A stretch of DNA of 64,000 bases from Spirochaetales bacterium. GTDB lineage: Bacteria > Spirochaetota > Spirochaetia > Treponematales > UBA12059. The notes beneath the pieces are model-generated. The model worked only from the letters and a program-made list of their open reading frames with translations. It was not told where the DNA came from and made no database searches. The stretch covers positions 259,736 to 323,735 of the forward strand of contig JAFGJV010000004.1 in NCBI GenBank assembly GCA_016928955.1. The letters are read 5' to 3'. Position 1 is the stretch's first letter; every line of letters begins with the position of its first letter. The position numbers and the translations under genes are program-made. Shown here piece after piece: positions 58,773 through 64,000 of this stretch.

Positions 58773-59746
58773 GGATTCACCCCGCTTCCCGAGCCAAGGT
58801 TCTTAAGCGGTATGAAGTTGCCCAGCTCGCTGTCCACCAGGTCCACGCCGGTGGCGTCCTTGAAAATGTCTTCCATCATTTCGTAGTACAGGCGTTCCCT
58901 GGTCACTTCCGGAGCCTTGACGTATTCGGCGTACACGGCCAGGAAACGCGCCACGTCGCCCTTGGCCTTGTTAACGCGTTCTGACGCGTAGCCCTCAGCT
59001 ATCTGCACCACGCGGTCGGCCTCTCCGTCCACCCTGGGCATTTCCTTGTTGTACGCTTCCTTGCCCTCGTTGATAAAGCGGTACATGTCCTGCTCGGCCT
59101 TGTTGACGTCGTCAAAGGCGGCCTGCACGCCCTGCGGTGCCACTATGTTCTGGAGCTTGACGCTGACCACCCTGATCCCGACCCCGTAGGTCGTGAAGTT
59201 TTCGTTCATGATGGACAGGGCGTCGTTCTCTATCGCCGTGCGCGCGGGGCTGAGCACGCTGAGGATGGCCTTGTCGCCTATCAGCATGTTGAGGACGGAC
59301 TGGCTTATGTCCCTGATGGTCTTGTACTTGTCCTCCATCTGGAACAGCCAGGCCACCGGATCGACGATCTTGTACTGGATGATCCATTCCACGTCGACGA
59401 TGTTGAGGTCGCCCGTCAGCATGGTGGACTCCTCGTTGTACACGGCCGAGTCGTCGTACTGGGTTCGAATGTCCGCCCGCTCCGTGCGGAAGCCGAATTC
59501 CTCGGAGTGGACGATTTCCGTCGGGACTATGTAGCTGCGCTGTATGCCGAAGGGCAGCTTGAAATGCAGGCCGGCGCTCTTGGTGCCCGTCACCTTGCCA
59601 AAAGTCGTCACCACCGCCGTCTCGGACTGGTCCACCATGAAGAAGCTGGTAGACAGAAGCACGAGGGCGGCCACGACGATCAAGCCGATGATGACGGTTG
59701 TTACGCTAAAACGACCGCGTATCGGCGTGACATTACGTTCAGCCAT
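58769..59746 (-). CDS. hflK: Protease modulator HflK (SPFH/band-7)
   Basis: TM plus SPFH domain (FMVDQSETAVVTTFGK...). AAGGAGGA precedes the ATG at 59746; the ORF-track start at 59797 overlaps the upstream gene. Confidence 0.85.
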   Translation of the reverse strand: MAERNVTPIRGRFSVTTVIIGLIVVAALVLLSTSFFMVDQSETAVVTTFGKVTGTKSAGLHFKLPFGIQRSYIVPTEIVHSEEFGFRTERADIRTQYDDSAVYNEESTMLTGDLNIVDVEWIIQYKIVDPVAWLFQMEDKYKTIRDISQSVLNMLIGDKAILSVLSPARTAIENDALSIMNENFTTYGVGIRVVSVKLQNIVAPQGVQAAFDDVNKAEQDMYRFINEGKEAYNKEMPRVDGEADRVVQIAEGYASERVNKAKGDVARFLAVYAEYVKAPEVTRERLYYEMMEDIFKDATGVDLVDSELGNFIPLKNLGSGSGVNP

Positions 59747-59789
59747 CCTTTCCTCCTTACGGGTTCCAAAGGTACCGTGGGCGGACCCG

Positions 59790-60794
59790 TCAATCAAGAC
59801 AAATATCGTCCGATTTTTGTTCGTTTAAAGGCGACTCGGGCGTGCATGCGCCCTCGCAGGCCTTGGCGGCTGCCGGACCGAACATGTCCCGTATCAAGGC
59901 CTGCGCGTTCGGCGGAAGGGGAGCCAGCACGGTACCCGGGCTATCGGCGTCAGACCACGCGGGGCACGACAGCAGGACGCAGTGGAGCAGGTAGCCGCCG
60001 CCCCGGGCCGAGCCGCCGTATTTTGCGTCGCCGGATAGGGGATGGCCGTGTATGGCCGCCTGGGCGCGTATCTGGTGGGTGAGGCCGGTGACAAGCCGCA
60101 GGCGGACCAGGGTGCGTCCGCCGGACGATGCCAGGGGCGTCACCAGAGTCACGGCCCTGCGTCCCCGCTCCGATTCCACCGTGGCGCGGCGGTCCTCGTC
60201 TCGCGCAAGCTCGTCTTCCCAGCGCGCGGGTTCTGACAGGATACCGTCAAGGACGGCCAGGTATTCCTTGACCAGTTCCCCCGCCCTCAGGGACGAGCTG
60301 AAGGCGCGCGCGCCTTTGATGCTTGCGGACACGGCCACGGCCCCGGACGTGTTGCGGTCCAGCCTGTGCAGGGGTGCCGGCCTGAACGCCAGCGACGACG
60401 CCATCCTGTCCCCGAAATGGGCCCGGCACAGCTCGTCCAGGCCGCCGGGGCCGTGGGTCAGCATGCCCCTGGGCTTGTTCACCACAACGATATCGGCTGT
60501 CTCGGCCAGGACCATGCCGGCAAGGGCAAACGCCGACGCTCCAGCGCCGTTGTCCGGCCGGCCTCCGCTGTTTGGACCCTGCTCAGGGAACGGTAGCCTG
60601 AGCGTTATTTTGGCACCGCTCTGTACAAGGGTGGCGGGCGACGCTTTTGCCCCATCCAGCCTGATGCCGCCCGACCTGAGCAGTTTGTAGATGGCCGACA
60701 AGCCAAGTTCTGGGAGGAGCCTGCGCAGCAATCTGTCCAGCCTGCGCCCCGCGTCGTCGGGCCCGGCCACATAGGTTCTCTCGGTACGAGCCAT
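59790..60794 (-). CDS. RluA-family 23S rRNA/tRNA pseudouridine synthase with an N-terminal S4 domain
   Basis: GRRLDRLL (S4), VVNKPRGMLTH, HRLDRNTSG (catalytic Asp), GLTHQIRAQ. Confidence 0.85.
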   Translation of the reverse strand: MARTERTYVAGPDDAGRRLDRLLRRLLPELGLSAIYKLLRSGGIRLDGAKASPATLVQSGAKITLRLPFPEQGPNSGGRPDNGAGASAFALAGMVLAETADIVVVNKPRGMLTHGPGGLDELCRAHFGDRMASSLAFRPAPLHRLDRNTSGAVAVSASIKGARAFSSSLRAGELVKEYLAVLDGILSEPARWEDELARDEDRRATVESERGRRAVTLVTPLASSGGRTLVRLRLVTGLTHQIRAQAAIHGHPLSGDAKYGGSARGGGYLLHCVLLSCPAWSDADSPGTVLAPLPPNAQALIRDMFGPAAAKACEGACTPESPLNEQKSDDICLD

Positions 60795-60800
60795 GAGTCC

Positions 60801-60809
60801 ATCCTAACA
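60801..60809 (-). promoter_or_regulatory. Extended -10 (TGtTAGGAT), 6 nt upstream of the pseudouridine synthase ATG (leaderless candidate)
   Basis: Minus strand cccTGtTAGGATggactcATG. Confidence 0.4.
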
Positions 60810-60887
60810 GGGGCGGGAAAAAGCTGAAAGCGGTATCGCGGCGATGGCGTACGCGGCGAGCTCCGAGTGATTTCCATCCGCCCCCGC

Positions 60888-60916
60888 TTGACACGGACAG
60901 GCCATTCGCCGGAAAT
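60888..60916 (+). promoter_or_regulatory. Candidate promoter abutting the DUF212 gene start
   Basis: TTGACA-N17-GGAAAT-N7-ATG. The -35 is perfect and the -10 is weak. Confidence 0.35.
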
Positions 60917-60923
60917 TTCAGCG

Positions 60924-61403
60924 ATGAACGGCGAACACGCATCCGGCCTGCAAGACCTGTTCAGGAACCCCATGTTCCTGTCGGCCATACTCAGCCTCTT
61001 TGTGGCCCAATTCGCCAAGGCTGCCATAGGCATGTTCAAAGCCAGGCCCTGGCGCCTGAAGGACGTGTTCGGAACCCTGTTGTGGCGCACGGGAGGCATG
61101 CCGTCCAGCCACAGCGCCCTGGCCATATCCCTGGCCACCGCTGCCGGCTTCTCCGAAGGCATGGGGTCCAACCTCTTTGCCCTGTCCCTCTTTTTTGCCC
61201 TGGTGGTCATCAGGGACGCCCTGGGCGTACGGCGAGCTGCCGGCCTCCAGGCCAAGGCCCTGAACTCCCTCGGTACGCGCGCGTCCAGGCGGCTCGGCCT
61301 TGTGTTCAGGCCGGTCAAGGAAATCCACGGCCACACCCCGGGACAGGTACTGGTAGGCGGGCTCCTGGGCTTTTTCATAGCCCTGGCCGTATCCACTCTG
61401 TAA
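60924..61403 (+). CDS. Divergent PAP2 / DUF212 family membrane protein
   Basis: GGMPSSHSALAISLATA, RDALGVRRAAG, GHTPGQVLVGGLLG. Confidence 0.75.
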   Translation: MNGEHASGLQDLFRNPMFLSAILSLFVAQFAKAAIGMFKARPWRLKDVFGTLLWRTGGMPSSHSALAISLATAAGFSEGMGSNLFALSLFFALVVIRDALGVRRAAGLQAKALNSLGTRASRRLGLVFRPVKEIHGHTPGQVLVGGLLGFFIALAVSTL

Positions 61404-61409
61404 AGCCGC

Positions 61410-62822
61410 ATGCACAATTCCACGGCCGCCGGGGCCGCGCACCGCCTGCTCAGCATGCTCTCCGCGGCCATCATCGTCGCCCTTGGCCTTCCGGCTCTAG
61501 CCCAAACCGGCCTTGCCGCCGTGGCGGTGCCCGCCCTGGACTATGCCCGGGCCGTGGCCCGCATACAGGAAGCAGGCGGCGTTACCTCCGCCGAGCTCAG
61601 CCTGCCTTTGAGCGATTTTTCCTCGCTTAGCGTGCAGCCCCTGGACGCCGTATTAGAACGCCTTGGGCAGGGCGATCCCCGCGCCACGCCCCTGACCGAC
61701 GCCATGCAGAAAGCCTTCCATGTAGACGTTGATGGAGCAGCCTGGATAAACGCCTATGTAGCCCCGTCCCGCCTGACACGTCTCAAAAAGGCCTTGGCTG
61801 AGGACAACATACCCTTTCTGGCCACCCCCGGAAGGCGCTCCCTCTCCCGGCTGTTCTTTTTGGCTCCCCTGGGGCTGGCTCTGTACGGCCTCCTGAGAAA
61901 ACCACGGATGGACAAGCTCTACAGGATCGTGGGTTCCCTGCTCTGGCTCCCCCTTTTGTTCGTGCCCGGCGTGGATGCCGCAGGCGCGGCGGCAGCGCTC
62001 ACAACCATGTTTCTGGCACTGAGCGCCCGCCACCCGCCGCGTGTCGACGGCGCCGGTCCCGGAGTATCCCCCAAGGAAGCGCTCAAAGCCGTCTGGCCCT
62101 ACGCGACGGCGCTCGTCATCCTGTGCCTGTCGTCGCCCCTTGTGCTCCTTGCCCTGACGCCGGCCGCCGGCGCTGCCCTTCTGTTCCTGCGCCATGGTAA
62201 AAAAATCCTTGCCTGGGAACGACGACGAAACGAGCACGCCCTTCCGTCCTTTGTACCCATAATGCCCGGCAGGCAGGGCGGAAAGCTGGGATGGGTACAC
62301 CGTTCCTTCCTGCTGGCCGGCACATGCATCCTTCTTCTTGGGCTGGTACCCGCGGAGCGTTCCGCCACCAACGCGGATACAGGCAGCCTTGCCCTGGAAT
62401 GGCAGGACGTGCCAGCCGGCGGGCACGATCCTCTGGACGCCCACGTTTCCTACCAGGCGGCCCTGACCTGGGGGCGTTTGGGGGAAGCCAGCTGGGGTTC
62501 GACCACGTATACCCTGCCTGCCGGCTTCAGCGTGGACAGCGAGGGAAGGGCCATCTCGCTTTCGGATAGCGCCAAGGCCACGGCCCCGCCAGACGCGCTT
62601 TACGGCTCGCTCGGGCCCGTTCTGAGCAAGGGCCGGGTCGTCCGGCCCGTCTATGTGGCGCCCGGCACGAGCTTTCGCAGCGTCTATCGGCTTGATACGA
62701 TCGGCGCGTTGCTTTATATACTATCCCTCGTACCCGTGGCGCTCGCAGCCCTGGCCTCCCGGCGGGGTCGTGGGGCGGGCGCCCGGCCAGGAAGGCACGT
62801 CGGAACGCATGTCAAGCGCTAA
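61410..62822 (+). CDS. Polytopic membrane protein of unknown function
   Basis: Signal-like N-terminus, a ~110-aa soluble segment, about 5 TM helices, a ~130-aa extracytoplasmic segment and a terminal TM. Its 3' end overlaps the rnfC-like start by 14 nt. Confidence 0.55.
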   Translation: MHNSTAAGAAHRLLSMLSAAIIVALGLPALAQTGLAAVAVPALDYARAVARIQEAGGVTSAELSLPLSDFSSLSVQPLDAVLERLGQGDPRATPLTDAMQKAFHVDVDGAAWINAYVAPSRLTRLKKALAEDNIPFLATPGRRSLSRLFFLAPLGLALYGLLRKPRMDKLYRIVGSLLWLPLLFVPGVDAAGAAAALTTMFLALSARHPPRVDGAGPGVSPKEALKAVWPYATALVILCLSSPLVLLALTPAAGAALLFLRHGKKILAWERRRNEHALPSFVPIMPGRQGGKLGWVHRSFLLAGTCILLLGLVPAERSATNADTGSLALEWQDVPAGGHDPLDAHVSYQAALTWGRLGEASWGSTTYTLPAGFSVDSEGRAISLSDSAKATAPPDALYGSLGPVLSKGRVVRPVYVAPGTSFRSVYRLDTIGALLYILSLVPVALAALASRRGRGAGARPGRHVGTHVKR

Positions 62823-64000
62823 GAGCTTCAAATACGGGGGCGTCGAGCTTACCCAGCGTCGCCATTACGACCATGAACCGCTGGAAAACGCCTTTCTCCC
62901 CATCAACGCCTACATACCCCTGCGGGAACTGGACCAGGAAGCCAAAATCATCGTCACGGAAGGCATGGAGGTGCGTGAAGGCCAGCTCCTTGCCCGTGGC
63001 GAGGCCAAAGGCTCGGCCAATGTCCATTCTTCCGTCCCCGGGTACGTGCGACGGATCATACGCACGGACGGCGAGCGCCCCGCCTGCGTGGTGGTGGCGC
63101 TGGCCGGTTCGTTCAGCATCCTCGGCAAGCGACCGGAGCGCTATCTCTGGAAATCCCTCAACCGCGCCGACTTCATACACATCGTGCAGGAAAAGGGCCT
63201 GGTCCAGACGTCGACGGGCAGACCCCTCCACGAGCTTCTGCACGCCTGCCACGACGGCGACGGGCAGACCCTTGTGCTCAACGCGCTCGAGATGGATCCA
63301 TGCCGACGGACGGAGGAGGCCGTGCTGGTATCGCGGCTACCGGATGTGCTTGACGCCCTGGCCATGCTCCAGAAGATCCTGAAACCAGCGTCCGTGACCA
63401 TAGCGGTGGACCAGAGCTTTCCGCAGGACGAGAAGGCGACACTTGAGCGCCAGGCAGCCGAACGAGGGGCCAGCGTGGCCGTGTTCAAGCGTCGCTTCCC
63501 CCAGGACATGCCCGTGCTGATAGACAGGGCCCTCCGCCCCGAAGGCGCCGCCGGAGCCCCCTCCTTTGTCGTGGAACCCACCACTGCCGTGGCCCTGCAT
63601 GACGCGGTCGTGGCCAACAAGGCCCACGTAGAGGTGTATGTCCATGTCGGCGGCGGCGCCGTCAAGGCTCCGCGGGTGCTGAAAGCTCGCCTTGGGACGC
63701 CCATCGGCGAACTGATCGAGGAATGCGGAGGGCTGACCGGCAAGCCGGACCGAGTCGTGCTCAACGACGCCCTGCGAGGCCCCCTGGCCTCCAGCCTGGA
63801 CGTTCCGGTGGGAAAGACCACGCGGGCGGTGCTCGCCCTCACGCGCGAGGAAACCAGAAGCGCCCGCGAGCTGCCCTGCGTCCACTGCGGAGCCTGCGTG
63901 AAGGTATGCCCAGAAGGACTCCGCCCATACATGATCCAGAAGCTCGCCGCCTCCGGCCGCGCGGCGGAGGCTGAAGCAGAGGGCCTCAGCCGGTGCATCC
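62809..64000 (+). CDS. rnfC: Divergent RnfC-family protein, 3'-truncated by the window edge (not in the supplied ORF track because no stop is reached)
   Basis: Frame 1 is open from the ATG at 62809 to the window end. My translation begins MSSAKSFKYGGVEL... (RnfC_N-like). It also contains ...KARLGTPIGELIEECGG (SLBB-like), ...DVPVGKTTRAVLAL, and CVHCGACVKVCPEG ([4Fe-4S] motif). Confidence 0.75.
   Translation, partial: MSSAKSFKYGGVELTQRRHYDHEPLENAFLPINAYIPLRELDQEAKIIVTEGMEVREGQLLARGEAKGSANVHSSVPGYVRRIIRTDGERPACVVVALAGSFSILGKRPERYLWKSLNRADFIHIVQEKGLVQTSTGRPLHELLHACHDGDGQTLVLNALEMDPCRRTEEAVLVSRLPDVLDALAMLQKILKPASVTIAVDQSFPQDEKATLERQAAERGASVAVFKRRFPQDMPVLIDRALRPEGAAGAPSFVVEPTTAVALHDAVVANKAHVEVYVHVGGGAVKAPRVLKARLGTPIGELIEECGGLTGKPDRVVLNDALRGPLASSLDVPVGKTTRAVLALTREETRSARELPCVHCGACVKVCPEGLRPYMIQKLAASGRAAEAEAEGLSRCI

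Noticed and set aside
62873-63998. ORF-track models 62873-63382 (+, 169 aa) and 63141-63998 (-, 285 aa)
   Set aside because: Both translate to R/P/S/A-rich nonsense. Frame 1 on the plus strand gives a continuous RnfC-like protein with SLBB and Fe-S motifs, and is missing from the track only because it has no stop inside the window.

Overview
Gene-dense chromosomal segment with about 55 protein-coding genes. GC looks high, roughly 60-65% by eye; I did not compute it. I recognised no rRNA, tRNA, CRISPR array, transposase, integrase or prophage gene, so this looks like core genome rather than an accessory island. It is probably from Spirochaetota. That is an inference from the 894-aa long-form GreA, PPDK, Na+-decarboxylase plus Rnf-type bioenergetics, and the many TPR/HEAT/VWA envelope proteins.

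Layout:
(1) 1-10.0 kb: nusA-infB-rbfA-truB-ribF-rpsO-pnp-M16 peptidase-dut block.
(2) 10.0-15.4 kb: two LptF/LptG-family permeases, tgt, an NlpC/P60 peptidase and a HEAT-repeat protein.
(3) 15.4-21.2 kb, minus strand: VWA membrane protein, greA and a helical-repeat protein.
(4) 21.4-25.8 kb: rpe, a three-gene TPR / secreted / TPR-membrane set, and dtd.
(5) 25.8-35.6 kb: endonuclease-III-like gene, ppdK, several unknowns, dinB, and DUF503 coupled to a voltage-sensor-like membrane protein.
(6) 35.6-45.1 kb: a 1251-aa secreted protein, metG, a FemAB-family gene and oligopeptidase A.
(7) 45.2-57.2 kb: the most coherent unit. A biotin-less 5S/OadA-type carboxyltransferase is transcribed divergently from korDABC, split methylmalonyl-CoA mutase, meaB, epimerase and mmdADCB. 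I read this as a candidate 2-oxoglutarate/succinyl-CoA-to-propionate module coupled to Na+ export.
(8) 57.2-64.0 kb: thioesterase, hflKC, an RluA-family synthase, a DUF212 gene, a membrane protein, and the first 1.2 kb of a divergent rnfC-like gene. That gene runs off the window and is absent from the ORF track.

A recurring sequence-level pattern is sigma70-like -10 elements only 6-10 nt upstream of start codons with no Shine-Dalgarno, at six or more genes. This suggests frequent leaderless mRNAs.

Limits: all functional calls come from motif and family recognition by eye. Start codons are my best choices within the supplied ORFs. No database search, folding or statistics could be run. I found no unambiguous novel system. 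The highest-value leads are the Na+-motive propionate cluster with its two odd partners (the biotin-less 5S subunit and the degenerate RnfC), and a handful of unknown envelope and regulatory proteins.
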